Below, one piece after another: positions 1 to 8,725 of a stretch of DNA of 35,151 nt. The notes below the pieces were generated by a model, which was not told the origin of the DNA, ran no database searches, and worked only from the letters and a program-made list of their open reading frames with translations. Source of the stretch: a virus (taxonomy: Duplodnaviria > Caudoviricetes); IMG/VR virus record IMGVR_UViG_3300009085_000057, positions 1 to 35,151 of that record; one strand, given 5' to 3'. How positions within the stretch are numbered: position 1 is the stretch's first letter; the number at the start of each line of letters is the position of its first letter. The position numbers were made by a program, and so were the translations under genes.

Positions 1-12
1 GAGACGGCCTAA
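1..12 (+). CDS. 3' end of an upstream CDS (...ETA*), truncated by the window edge
   Basis: GAG ACG GCC TAA at 1-12 is identical to the last four codons of the 67..537 gene and is followed by the same hairpin plus RBS unit. Confidence 0.5.
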   Translation, partial: ETA

Positions 13-60
13 ACGGACGGGCCGGGACCTTTGAACGGGTCCCGGCCCTTTGAAAGGAGA
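1..60 (+). repeat. Copy 1 of a duplicated stop-hairpin-RBS intergenic unit
   Basis: GAGACGGCCTAA(A)CGGACGGGCCGGG...TCCCGGCCC-TTTGAAAGGAGA; 11-bp stem GGGCCGGGACC (19-29) / GGTCCCGGCCC (38-48). Confidence 0.85.
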
Positions 61-66
61 AGACAA

Positions 67-537
67 ATGCTGAGATACGAAATTCTCGTCGCCCTCACGC
101 AACTTCTGTTCGTGGACTACGACGACGCGCTCGGCGTCGACATGGACCAGTCGCCCGCGGATTTGGGGACGTTCATCGTTCCGTTCAAGTGCGAGGTCTT
201 CCTCGCCGGAGCGGTCGTTACCGAGGTCTGCTGCGGGGCGGATACCACCCCGATCGTCGACTTCGACCTGCGGCCCACCGCGGGCTCCGATTCGGACCGC
301 GGCGCCGCGGACATCGGCCACCTGATCCTCGGGACATCCGCGGCCGGGGCGGTCATGTACGACGAAGCGGCCAAGGGGACGGTTCTGGAGCCCGGGATGG
401 AGGTCGTCTTCGAGCTCAAAACCGCGGCGGCCGACGCCGGCGGCGGCTTGCAGACAGGTCATGTGTTGCCGTTTTTGCTCGTGAAGGTCATCCCCGAGGT
501 CATCGGGAACCTGGCCGACATGGTGGAGACGGCCTAA
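67..537 (+). CDS. Putative head-associated (decoration/minor capsid-like) structural protein, 156 aa
   Basis: RBS AAAGGAG upstream of ATG 67, preferred over the TTG at 31; GC-rich third positions; acidic, beta-rich sequence. The function is inferred from position only. Confidence 0.6.
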   Translation: MLRYEILVALTQLLFVDYDDALGVDMDQSPADLGTFIVPFKCEVFLAGAVVTEVCCGADTTPIVDFDLRPTAGSDSDRGAADIGHLILGTSAAGAVMYDEAAKGTVLEPGMEVVFELKTAAADAGGGLQTGHVLPFLLVKVIPEVIGNLADMVETA

Positions 538-587
538 CGGACGGGCCGGGGCCCTTCGGGACGGATCCCGGCCCCTTTGAAAGGAGA
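526..587 (+). repeat. Copy 2 of the duplicated stop-hairpin-RBS intergenic unit
   Basis: GAGACGGCCTAACGGACGGGCCGGGG...TCCCGGCCCCTTTGAAAGGAGA; stem arms conserved, loop divergent. Confidence 0.85.
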
Positions 588-594
588 GAAGAAC

Positions 595-1065
595 ATGGGA
601 GCTTTTGCATCGACCGACGTCACCGTGACGATCGCGTCCCGGGACCGCGAGATCGCCGGGGGCCAGGCGGGGCGGAACATCAGCCTCGCGCAGATCGCCT
701 TCGGGGACGGATCCCTGACCTACGCGACGGGCGGGGTTCCCCTGCCCGCGATCGGGACCTTCGGGTTCCGGACCGCGATCTCGTTCGCCGCGATCGAACA
801 GCCGCCCGCGAACGGGTTCATCTACAAGTTCGATCGGACCAACCACAAGATCAAGATCTTCACCCAGGGCGTCCGGACCGGGAGCACCGCGGCCGGCGCA
901 CCCGAAAACGGCGCCAACTGCGAGGACTCCTTCGCGGCGGAAGGGGCGATCACCCTCTCGAACTCCGCGCCGGACACGACCTACGACATCGGGCAGCAGA
1001 TCGAGCTGCCCAACGGCAGCGCGCCCGCGGCCGTGACGATCTACGTGCTCCTGATCGGAGACTAA
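595..1065 (+). CDS. Putative head decoration/head-fibre-like structural protein, 156 aa
   Basis: RBS AAAGGAG, ATG at 595. The AFGDGSLTYATGG motif resembles the YxTGG motif of small phage proteins encoded near capsid genes. Confidence 0.6.
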   Translation: MGAFASTDVTVTIASRDREIAGGQAGRNISLAQIAFGDGSLTYATGGVPLPAIGTFGFRTAISFAAIEQPPANGFIYKFDRTNHKIKIFTQGVRTGSTAAGAPENGANCEDSFAAEGAITLSNSAPDTTYDIGQQIELPNGSAPAAVTIYVLLIGD

Positions 1066-1074
1066 CCCGGGGAA

Positions 1075-1141
1075 GGCCGGCCGAAAAGGCCGGCCGGATC
1101 CATTGACGAAGCGGCCCCTTCCAAAAGAGGGATCACGCCGC
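1075..1141 (+). promoter_or_regulatory. Two GC-rich intergenic hairpins without a U-tract
   Basis: GGCCGGCC-GAAAA-GGCCGGCC (1075-1095) and GCGGC-CCCT...AGGG-ATCAC-GCCGC (1111-1141). Confidence 0.45.
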
Positions 1142-1161
1142 GGAGAAAGGACAAAGATTTT

Positions 1162-1689
1162 ATGGCACAGAAACTGTTCATCAAGATGGCCGACGGAAGC
1201 CAGCAGCCGGTGAAGGTGATCCGCTCCTGGGCGACCTCCGGCGGAAACTCGGTGTTCCTGCACGAAAACGGCCGCTACGCCTACAAGGACGGCTCGCCGC
1301 TGAAAAGCGCGGCGGAGCTGGACATCCTCCCCCGGGTGCAGCGGGAGGCCGCGCTCGCCTGGTGGATCCGCAAGGGCCGGGCGGAGGCGGAGGCCCACTA
1401 CGAGGCGAAGCTCGCGAAGGACCGGGAGGCCGCGGGAGACTTCCGGGCCGAGGTCCCTTTCCCGGACGAGCTGGACGCGGCGACCTACTGCCGCAAAAGG
1501 AGCGACGCGAAGAGCAAGAACCCGGCAATCTCGGCGCCCCACGCCTGGATGGAGTGGTTCCCGAAGCGGCCCGACTGGTGGGGCCAGGCGAAGGAGATCT
1601 CGTTTACCGACTACACCTACGTCATGGCCGAGGCGCCCTCGGGCGACGAAGGCGCCCTCGGAGATGATAGCTCCCCGGGCGCCGATTAG
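1162..1689 (+). CDS. Hypothetical phage protein, 175 aa
   Basis: RBS AAAGGA, ATG start, codon bias like its neighbours; no motif recognised. Confidence 0.8.
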   Translation: MAQKLFIKMADGSQQPVKVIRSWATSGGNSVFLHENGRYAYKDGSPLKSAAELDILPRVQREAALAWWIRKGRAEAEAHYEAKLAKDREAAGDFRAEVPFPDELDAATYCRKRSDAKSKNPAISAPHAWMEWFPKRPDWWGQAKEISFTDYTYVMAEAPSGDEGALGDDSSPGAD

Positions 1690-1710
1690 CACCGGAAACA
1701 GGAGGAAGAG

Positions 1711-2217
1711 ATGGCAGCGACAATCCAGTTCCATGAAATGAGCGCCGCGGATGCCGGCGTGGACAAAACCAGCGGGACGATCCGCTTCAAGGACGCGGAC
1801 AATGCGACCGTGGACCTGAACAACCCGCTCGTCATTCCCGACGTGGATCCCATCTTCTCATACACCAAGAAGCTCCGCGCCTACATGGAAGATCCGCCGT
1901 CCGTGCAGATCACGAACCTGCGCTGGTATTCGGACGGAAGCTCCGGCTTCGGGACGGGCGTCGGGGTGACAGTCAAAAACATCGGCGTCACGTTCGGCAG
2001 CCAGTATAAGACCGAGATGTCCGGCGGCGCCGATTTCTTCGGGAAGACGTCCGGGTCTCCGCTCGACGGCGACGGGACCGATACGGGGCCCTTCGTCCCC
2101 GCGGACGACAACAGCTACATCGGCGACATCATCGAACTCCAGATGTCCGTCGCCGCGTCCGCGTCCCGCGGGGCCCTGTCGGCAGAGGCGATTACCCTGG
2201 CCTACGACGAGATCTGA
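1711..2217 (+). CDS. Putative virion structural protein, 168 aa
   Basis: RBS AGGAGG; acidic Gly/Thr/Ser-rich beta-type sequence ending in YDEI; structural operon context. Confidence 0.65.
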   Translation: MAATIQFHEMSAADAGVDKTSGTIRFKDADNATVDLNNPLVIPDVDPIFSYTKKLRAYMEDPPSVQITNLRWYSDGSSGFGTGVGVTVKNIGVTFGSQYKTEMSGGADFFGKTSGSPLDGDGTDTGPFVPADDNSYIGDIIELQMSVAASASRGALSAEAITLAYDEI

Positions 2218-2227
2218 CGGAGGGGGA

Positions 2228-2530
2228 ATGAACCTCGCGGAGGCCTACGGATGGGAGGCGGAACAGCCGGACGGGTCCCTTCTCACAAAGGGCGGAGACC
2301 TGGAGGGGTGCGTCCGCGTGTCTTTGATCCCCGTAGCTGCCGGGCTGCCCCGGCACGATTTCGTCGGCTGCACGCCGCTGCGCCGCTTCGGCCGCGGCTT
2401 TCTCCGGGTGACGGGCGGCGGGATGAGGGAATATCTCCATTGCGTGGTCTGCCGGGGTTTCCGGATCTATTGCCGGTCCACCGACGGCGGGATCGTCGTG
2501 ACGCCCGAGGATCAGGAGCTGTATTTGTAG
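2228..2530 (+). CDS. Hypothetical Cys-containing phage protein, 100 aa
   Basis: RBS GGAGG; fills the gap between its neighbours exactly. Confidence 0.7.
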   Translation: MNLAEAYGWEAEQPDGSLLTKGGDLEGCVRVSLIPVAAGLPRHDFVGCTPLRRFGRGFLRVTGGGMREYLHCVVCRGFRIYCRSTDGGIVVTPEDQELYL

Positions 2531-2542
2531 ACGGAGAACTGG

Positions 2543-3421
2543 ATGAGCAACATCTTCAACAATTTTGAGTTGCTCGACTTCATCAACCTCGACGAGATGA
2601 TGTGGGAGGGGGAGGAGTCCGCCGTCACCTACACGGTCTCCGCCGACCTCGACGCCGCGCTCCAGAAGGGTTCCGGCCTATCGGCCGGGCTCGACGCCGG
2701 GCTCCAGGACACGGACCAGGCCGTTGCGGACCTCGACGCGGCCCTCCAGAGGTCCGGGAGCGCCGCCGGAAGTCTCGACGGTGCGCTCCAGACGCTCGAA
2801 TCGGAGCAGTCCTCCCTGGACGCCGTTTTGCAGTCCGTCAATCCGTTCGCCCGGGCCTACTTCGGCGCGATGCTCCAGGACACGGACCAGGCCGTTGCGG
2901 ACCTCGACGCGGCACTCCAGAGGTCCGGGAGCGCCGCCGGAAGTCTCGACGGTGCGCTCCAGACGCGCGAATCGGCGCAGTCCTCCCTGGACGCCCTGCT
3001 CCAAGGGCTGGGGATCCCCGTTTCGGGGTCCCTCGGCGCGATGCTCCAGCAGGGGGATACGCGCGGCGCGCTCCTCGACGCGATGCTCCAGCGGGGGGAC
3101 ACATCCATCTCCGCCCTGGACGCAAAGCTCATGAAGATCTGCACCCGCACGGCGGAACTGGACGTTCTTGTCAAAAAAGAGGGTGCGACGGCGTTCGCCA
3201 GCCTGGGCGGTCTGCTGAAGAAGGAGAATGTCTCGACCGCCGGGGGGATGGACGCGATCCTGTTTAAGATTGTCGACCTCCCGGTCTGTTTCTGCCGGGG
3301 CTGCGGAACGACCTACATGATCGACGAGAGGATGTACGAGGAGCCGGAGCGCTGCCCGAAATGCGGCCGGCGCCCGGTTACGAACGACACGAAGGGAGAA
3401 GATGGGTATGGCATCCACTAA
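2543..3421 (+). CDS. Protein of about 15 repeats of 14-15 aa (xxLDAxLQ) with a C-terminal Zn-ribbon; fibre-like
   Basis: RBS GGAG; LDAALQ/LDAGLQ/LDGALQ periodicity; CRGCG...CPKCG at the C-terminus. Confidence 0.75.
   Translation: MSNIFNNFELLDFINLDEMMWEGEESAVTYTVSADLDAALQKGSGLSAGLDAGLQDTDQAVADLDAALQRSGSAAGSLDGALQTLESEQSSLDAVLQSVNPFARAYFGAMLQDTDQAVADLDAALQRSGSAAGSLDGALQTRESAQSSLDALLQGLGIPVSGSLGAMLQQGDTRGALLDAMLQRGDTSISALDAKLMKICTRTAELDVLVKKEGATAFASLGGLLKKENVSTAGGMDAILFKIVDLPVCFCRGCGTTYMIDERMYEEPERCPKCGRRPVTNDTKGEDGYGIH
2701..2995 (+). repeat. 124-bp in-frame direct repeat (2701-2824 and 2872-2995)
   Basis: Copies are 171 bp (57 codons) apart with 3 mismatches by eye (C/A, T/G, A/C). Confidence 0.9.
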
Positions 3422-3707
3422 ATCACAGCCCGATAAGATGGAGTTCATCGACGAGCCCACGACGGCCTCGTTCCACTTCCACGAGAAGGGGAAGGTGCAG
3501 CCGAAGGGGTACAAGGGGCTCCAGGTGGACAAGGAGGCCACGGTGACGGTCCGGGGGAAGATCAAGCAGATCGGATCCACCTGGGACAACTCCAAACAGT
3601 TCACGATCGAGGTTTCCTCCTGCGAGATCGAACAGGAGGCGGCCGGGCCCGTCTCGCTCGACGCGGCGATCGCGGGCGCGGACAAGACGAGAAAGAGGAT
3701 GATCTGA
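3408..3707 (+). CDS. Small hypothetical phage protein, 99 aa (alternative start 3402)
   Basis: GGGAG at 3394-3398 is best spaced for ATG 3408; overlaps the end of the previous gene. Confidence 0.75.
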   Translation: MASTKSQPDKMEFIDEPTTASFHFHEKGKVQPKGYKGLQVDKEATVTVRGKIKQIGSTWDNSKQFTIEVSSCEIEQEAAGPVSLDAAIAGADKTRKRMI

Positions 3708-3708
3708 G

Positions 3709-4626
3709 ATGGACGGAAAATCCCTCCTCAATGCGGTTCTGGACCTCTGCGACGACCGGAACGCCGCGGCGGAGCTCTACCACCGCCGGAGGATCTTCGA
3801 GTGCCTGGACCACGCCTGCGCGATCTTCTGCCGCTCGGTCCGCAGCTACAAGGCCTCCGCGACCCTCACCACCGTCGCCCTCCAGCAGGACTACACGCTT
3901 CCCGCGGACTTCATCGACCTCTACATGAAGCGGGGCGGCGGCTACTTTGTGCGCTACTACGACGGAACGGACTACTCCTGGCCCCGGGTCGTCCCCTGGG
4001 AGGAGCTCTTCCAGGCGAACCTCACCGACGAGCAGAGCGTCCCCTCCCGGGTCTCGATCCGCGAGGCGGAGAGCGCCGCGACCGCGATCACCGGGACCGC
4101 GACCGCAACCGCCGCGAAAGGGGCCGACGGCCTCTGCACCCTCACCGACTCGACCAAGGCCTTCCTGACGACGAACCGGGTCTGGCCCAGGGACAAGATC
4201 CACAACACCACGGACGGATCGAGCGGGGTCGTCGTGGCGGTCCCGACCGCGACGACGCTCCGGGTCGCCCTCTTCGAGGGGGGGAACGACGACTGGACGA
4301 ACACGGACGCCTACACGATCGTCCCCTCCGCGGAAAAGCAGCTCTCCCTGGAGGCGGAGGCGGAGACCCCGGGACATTTGATCCTCGTCCCCTATATCGC
4401 GATGCCCGAGCCGGTCTATTCGGACTACGGCGCCTGGCGGCTTCCGGAGCGGTCCTGCCGGGGGATCGCCGCGGGCGCGGCCGCTCTCTTGCAGCTCGCG
4501 CGGCACAGCTACACGGAGACATCCTGGATGAACGGGCAGTTCTCCGAGGAGATCCGGAGGGCGAAAACGGAGATCGGACGGGCGATCCTCGACGGCGGCG
4601 GGAACCGGAACCGCCCCGGCTGGTAA
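3709..4626 (+). CDS. Head-tail adaptor / tail ring-like protein 1 with an inserted Thr-rich beta domain
   Basis: N-terminal helical pair followed by LTTVALQQDYTLPADF, typical of podovirus adaptor (tail tubular A-like) proteins; C-terminal helices. Confidence 0.65.
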   Translation: MDGKSLLNAVLDLCDDRNAAAELYHRRRIFECLDHACAIFCRSVRSYKASATLTTVALQQDYTLPADFIDLYMKRGGGYFVRYYDGTDYSWPRVVPWEELFQANLTDEQSVPSRVSIREAESAATAITGTATATAAKGADGLCTLTDSTKAFLTTNRVWPRDKIHNTTDGSSGVVVAVPTATTLRVALFEGGNDDWTNTDAYTIVPSAEKQLSLEAEAETPGHLILVPYIAMPEPVYSDYGAWRLPERSCRGIAAGAAALLQLARHSYTETSWMNGQFSEEIRRAKTEIGRAILDGGGNRNRPGW

Positions 4627-4636
4627 GGGGGAAACT

Positions 4637-5641
4637 ATGGCAGGCGTATGGCCCAACCTGGACATCTCGGACCTGGAGAGCAGGACCCGAACCTATCTCA
4701 ACGAGGTCACGGCCTCCTTCTTCACCCAGGCGGAGCTCTACCGCTGGCTGTCGCTCGCGGTGAAGGACATCGCGCAGCGCTCCCTCTGCTGCCGGCGGAT
4801 CCTCGATGCGGTGACCATCCCGGCGACCCGGGAGGTCGCGGTTTCGGCCTACAAGGTCCTCCACGTCGAGTACGTCCCCGCTTCGGGGAAGCCGGTCATG
4901 CTCAAGAAGATCGACCCGCTGAAGCTCGGGAACCTCTCGAACAACGGATCGACGCCGCAATCCTGGTACGAGTTCGGATCCAATATCGGGATCGAGCCGC
5001 TGCCCGCCGCGGCCTACAAGCTGCGGCTCTACGTCGCGGACCTCCCGAAGATCCGCCATGCGACCTGGCCGATCGCGTCATTCGTGACGGGCTGGACGGA
5101 AGTTGTCGGCCATTCCTTCTGGACGGCCGGGACCTCGCTCGTCTTTTTGGGAACGGCGCTCAACGACGAAAACGCGATCGAAGGGCCGACGCTTTCGGCG
5201 AGCACGAACTACACGATCCGCTTCACCGTCTCCGGCCTCGTCTCCGCGGAGCTCACCTGCCTGGCCGGGACGACCGCGTCGCCCACGATCGACTCCAACG
5301 GCGTCCATGCCGTGACCCTGACCTCCTCCGCGGGGACCCCGAAGCTGACCTTCAACGGGAAGGACAAAAAGACCCTGGGCGGCGGGACGGTGACGGTGGA
5401 CGACGTCTATATCCTCAAGGAACAGGACTTCACCGTGGGATCCGACACGGACCAGACGGAGATCGGCCCGGCGTGGCAGCACCTGGCCTGCCTCTACGCG
5501 ACGGCCCAGGCGCTCCGCAAGGACCGGAAACCCGCGCCGGCGACCCTGATCGAGACGATCGTCGCGGGCGAGATCGACTACCTCCGGCAGAACCTCGTCG
5601 AGGTCCTCCCGGACGGGCAGAACAGCGTCAAGTACCTCTAA
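4637..5641 (+). CDS. Adaptor / tail ring-like protein 2 with an inserted carbohydrate-binding-like jelly-roll
   Basis: RTYLNE...FFTQAELYRWLSLAVKDIA and GIEPLPAAAYKLRLYVADLP align with rings 3 and 4; insert GPTLSASTNYTIRFTV...VTVDDVYILKE looks CBM-like. Confidence 0.7.
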   Translation: MAGVWPNLDISDLESRTRTYLNEVTASFFTQAELYRWLSLAVKDIAQRSLCCRRILDAVTIPATREVAVSAYKVLHVEYVPASGKPVMLKKIDPLKLGNLSNNGSTPQSWYEFGSNIGIEPLPAAAYKLRLYVADLPKIRHATWPIASFVTGWTEVVGHSFWTAGTSLVFLGTALNDENAIEGPTLSASTNYTIRFTVSGLVSAELTCLAGTTASPTIDSNGVHAVTLTSSAGTPKLTFNGKDKKTLGGGTVTVDDVYILKEQDFTVGSDTDQTEIGPAWQHLACLYATAQALRKDRKPAPATLIETIVAGEIDYLRQNLVEVLPDGQNSVKYL

Positions 5642-5653
5642 CGGGGACGATCG

Positions 5654-6268
5654 ATGCCGGAAACGAGAAAAATATACGGGGCGCGGGAGTTGACCGGAGG
5701 CGGGTTCGGCGCCCTGGATTCGATCGACACGACGGGTCTCCCGGACGAGAGCCTGGCCTACGTCTGCCAGGGAACGGTCCTGCGCTGCTACGCCTTCGAC
5801 GCGGATTCGGTTCTGACGGAATCCTCTCCCGACCGGATCAAGCCGGATTCGGGACCGGGATGCTGGCTCCTGCAATCGGATACGGAGTTCATGAATATCC
5901 TCCTGGTCGAGCTGATTTTGACCAATTCCGCATTGGTTACGGGGCAGGTCCTGGGGGGGAGCGAGATCCCGGTTTGCTCCGAACTCGACGGGATGGACCT
6001 GGTGGACGTCGTCGTGACGATCCCGCCTTCCGGGACGGTTTCCTCCGGCGGTGCTTTGGAGTTTCAGGTGGTGCGGACGCGCGACGGCGCGACGGCGGAC
6101 ATGCTCTCCGCAAATCTCACAATCGCGGAAGGGGAGAATGTCTCCGGGATCTGCTCGATCGACGGGGACAACGACGACGTGGCGACAGATGATTTTGTCC
6201 ATGTGGACTGCGAAGCGGATGGAACCGATGCAAAAGGGCCGATATGGGTAAAGCTAACTTTCAGATAA
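5654..6268 (+). CDS. Putative tail-associated structural protein, 204 aa
   Basis: ATG 13 nt after the previous stop; very acidic and beta-rich; LTGGGFGALDSID N-terminus resembles fibre-anchor segments. Confidence 0.65.
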   Translation: MPETRKIYGARELTGGGFGALDSIDTTGLPDESLAYVCQGTVLRCYAFDADSVLTESSPDRIKPDSGPGCWLLQSDTEFMNILLVELILTNSALVTGQVLGGSEIPVCSELDGMDLVDVVVTIPPSGTVSSGGALEFQVVRTRDGATADMLSANLTIAEGENVSGICSIDGDNDDVATDDFVHVDCEADGTDAKGPIWVKLTFR

Positions 6269-6918
6269 TCCGACTGCGCCCTGAAGACAGGTATCTTTAC
6301 GATACCCTGATTCTCTATTGCAAGTCCTCCATCCACAGCGGCGCGATGTGGCTCGCCGCTCCGACGTTTTCCGATTCGGATCGGTGGGTGACCAGCGATG
6401 GTTTTCCGTTCGAGATCACGATGTCGCACGAGTTGGCGGCGGAAAAGAGGCAATTATACTACACGGACGACGGAGACGACCCGACAAATGAATCTGATTT
6501 GTATGACGAAGACCATATCGATGTGGCTGCACCTCCACTATCGGCACCATACGGGACGTTGATAGAGATAAAAGGGATCGCCTGGGAGCCGGTCAGGGAG
6601 GATTACAGCCCCGTTGCCTCCCGGAAGTATTGGTATGACAATGTTGTGATTTATAGAGATTCTCCAGGTTTAGGGCTTGACGTGGGAACAATCCATTCCG
6701 GCGCCATGGCCGAGATGGTGGTCGCGGCCGAAGAAGCGGAAGAATCCTTGTCGCTTGAATTAACGGGCGGCACGATAGAATCCGGGACATATACGGCGAT
6801 CGTGGTGAGTGCCCCGGCGGATTCGGAAGAGGAGAAGAACCTTGAGCTCACCGGAGGAACAATAAAACAGGGCAAGTGGTGGGATCCGATTGTAGAAATC
6901 GAACCGCCGTGGGATTGA
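6244..6918 (+). CDS. Structural protein with a CHB_HEX_C_1/Fn3-associated Ig-like domain and short acidic repeats
   Basis: AAPTFS...ITMS...LYYTDDGDDPT..S..Y...IKGIA...SPVAS..Y matches the YYTxDGxxPT signature. Start uncertain (6244 or 6346). Confidence 0.7.
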   Translation: MGKANFQIIRLRPEDRYLYDTLILYCKSSIHSGAMWLAAPTFSDSDRWVTSDGFPFEITMSHELAAEKRQLYYTDDGDDPTNESDLYDEDHIDVAAPPLSAPYGTLIEIKGIAWEPVREDYSPVASRKYWYDNVVIYRDSPGLGLDVGTIHSGAMAEMVVAAEEAEESLSLELTGGTIESGTYTAIVVSAPADSEEEKNLELTGGTIKQGKWWDPIVEIEPPWD

Positions 6919-6927
6919 GAGGAAATT

Positions 6928-7989
6928 ATGAAGACCCTTGAAGTCGCGAAAGTAGGCCTGACGGGAACTGTGGCAAGCTGGGAAGTCATCAACCCCGACG
7001 GCTCGATTGCCCAGGCTTGCTACAACCCGAAGAACAACCTGATCCTGGATGTCGGACTGGACATGGTCGGAGGGTATGCAAGCATCCCCGCGTGCTTCGC
7101 CTACATTGCCCTCGGTACGGGGACAAGTGCTTCTAATGTCCTTATGACTGCGCTGGAGGCCGAAACGACCTATGGAGCAACGACAAGGCCTCCGGCGTCA
7201 GGGTATAGTGCCTATGATGGGATTACGCTCCCTGCCGCAGACGCAGACCCTTTCATCGTGGAATATGCAATCGGCATTCAGACCGCCGTAGGCAAGCTCA
7301 ACGGAACCTTCACGGAATTGGGCTTTGGGCCCACAAGCACCAAGGACGCAAACCTGTTCTCTCGATTTAGAATCTGCGACTCAGAAGGCACGCCTACCTC
7401 TGTTACAGTAACATCCGAGCAGCAACTCCGCGTGAAGTATATCATTGGAATCAGATTTCTCCCCATCGTCCCCACGGCTTATGATTTTGATATAACTGGC
7501 TATGGAGACGACATCGGCTATACCGCAGGGTGGCAGTCATTAGGATATATTAGTATTCTCCTGTACTTATTTGGGACGCTTGATGGGTTCTATACGTTCG
7601 GACAAAGCGTGCAGATTGGGTATTGGAAATTTCTTGTAAAGACAGTTACTACTGCCGATATTACATTCTCAGATCTTATCACAACAAGATCTTATGCTGC
7701 ATGGGCGGTTCTTCAGGTTCTAACAGCAGGAACTGGACCGACATCCCCCTACTATACAAGGGATGCCTATACACCAGGTTCCTATGCTCAATATCTTAAT
7801 ATCCCCTTTACCACACTTGAATCTGTAGGAAACATATACGGCCTGCAACTTTTTATCAATAACTATACCGGGGGAGGTAATTACAATAGTGTCCTTCTGT
7901 GGCTCTGCAAGTTTGACGATCCTATCGTCAAGCCCGATACTCATAATCTGACGTTCAAACTGAAATTCTCCTGGGGGAGGGGTTCATAG
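6928..7989 (+). CDS. Putative tail fibre/collar-type protein, 353 aa, with an AT-rich C-terminal half
   Basis: RBS GAGGA; NLILDVGLD, IALGTGTS..TALEAE, TELG..LFSR motifs resemble phage tail-collar/fibre anchor domains. Confidence 0.65.
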   Translation: MKTLEVAKVGLTGTVASWEVINPDGSIAQACYNPKNNLILDVGLDMVGGYASIPACFAYIALGTGTSASNVLMTALEAETTYGATTRPPASGYSAYDGITLPAADADPFIVEYAIGIQTAVGKLNGTFTELGFGPTSTKDANLFSRFRICDSEGTPTSVTVTSEQQLRVKYIIGIRFLPIVPTAYDFDITGYGDDIGYTAGWQSLGYISILLYLFGTLDGFYTFGQSVQIGYWKFLVKTVTTADITFSDLITTRSYAAWAVLQVLTAGTGPTSPYYTRDAYTPGSYAQYLNIPFTTLESVGNIYGLQLFINNYTGGGNYNSVLLWLCKFDDPIVKPDTHNLTFKLKFSWGRGS

Positions 7990-7990
7990 G

Positions 7991-8725
7991 ATGGATACGA
8001 TTGAAATGACCGCCGCGATCCGATCCGGGCTCCGCCTCCCCGACGGGGATGTTCCCGTCTCCGACACAGAGATCCTCTCGGCGATCCATGACGGCTACAA
8101 GGACACGGCGGCGCTCGCCCTCTGTGTGGAGGAAACCCAGGACGTCGTCACGACGGCCGGCGAGAGGACGGTGCCTTTCACGGGGATCCGCGTCAACTAC
8201 GTCGAACGGCTCGACACGGTCCCGCCCCGGGGTCTCCTCCGGGTCCACCCGGCGACCTTCGGCCTCCGCCCCGCCGCGGGGACGGAGCCGGAGTTCTGGT
8301 TCCCCTGGGGCGACGTGGTCTGCCTGGATCCCGTCCCGGCCTCCGCGATTCCGCTTCGCCTCTACGTCGCCGACTACCCGGCCGAAGCCCCGGGCGAAGC
8401 CGAGTGGGACTACATCTACGCCGATACGGCCGCCTACGCCTGGACCGACACCGTCGCCTACCATTGGATCCGGATGGCGGGCGGCGAACTGACCGACCTG
8501 CCGCCGGAGTTCCGCGAGTGCCCGCTCTACTTCGCGTTCTATGCGGTCGCGCTCAAGCTCCGCGCCTGGAAGGCCGCGCTGCAATGGTACAACCGCTACA
8601 TCCTGTCCATCTCCCGCCGGAAGGCGGAATACATCCGCCGGGTGCCGGACCGCCGGAGGGACCGCGAGATCCCGCTCTCCGTCCGCCGGACCTGGAACCG
8701 AGGAGGCGCCCATGGCAACCCTTAA
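7991..8725 (+). CDS. Adaptor / tail ring-like protein 3
   Basis: RBS GGAGG; shares FWFPWG, DLPxEFxEC, ALKLR, YNRYI and VPD..REIP with 8712..9374, and LRLYVADxP with 4637..5641. Confidence 0.75.
   Translation: MDTIEMTAAIRSGLRLPDGDVPVSDTEILSAIHDGYKDTAALALCVEETQDVVTTAGERTVPFTGIRVNYVERLDTVPPRGLLRVHPATFGLRPAAGTEPEFWFPWGDVVCLDPVPASAIPLRLYVADYPAEAPGEAEWDYIYADTAAYAWTDTVAYHWIRMAGGELTDLPPEFRECPLYFAFYAVALKLRAWKAALQWYNRYILSISRRKAEYIRRVPDRRRDREIPLSVRRTWNRGGAHGNP

Noticed and set aside
2701-2995. 124-bp repeat pair as a DGR template/variable repeat
   Set aside because: Mismatches are not adenine-specific, both copies are in-frame in one gene, and no reverse transcriptase is in the window.
6230-6268. Programmed -1 frameshift fusing 5654..6268 to 6244..6918
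   Set aside because: No in-frame X XXY YYZ slippery heptamer or obvious downstream structure; a simple overlap explains it.
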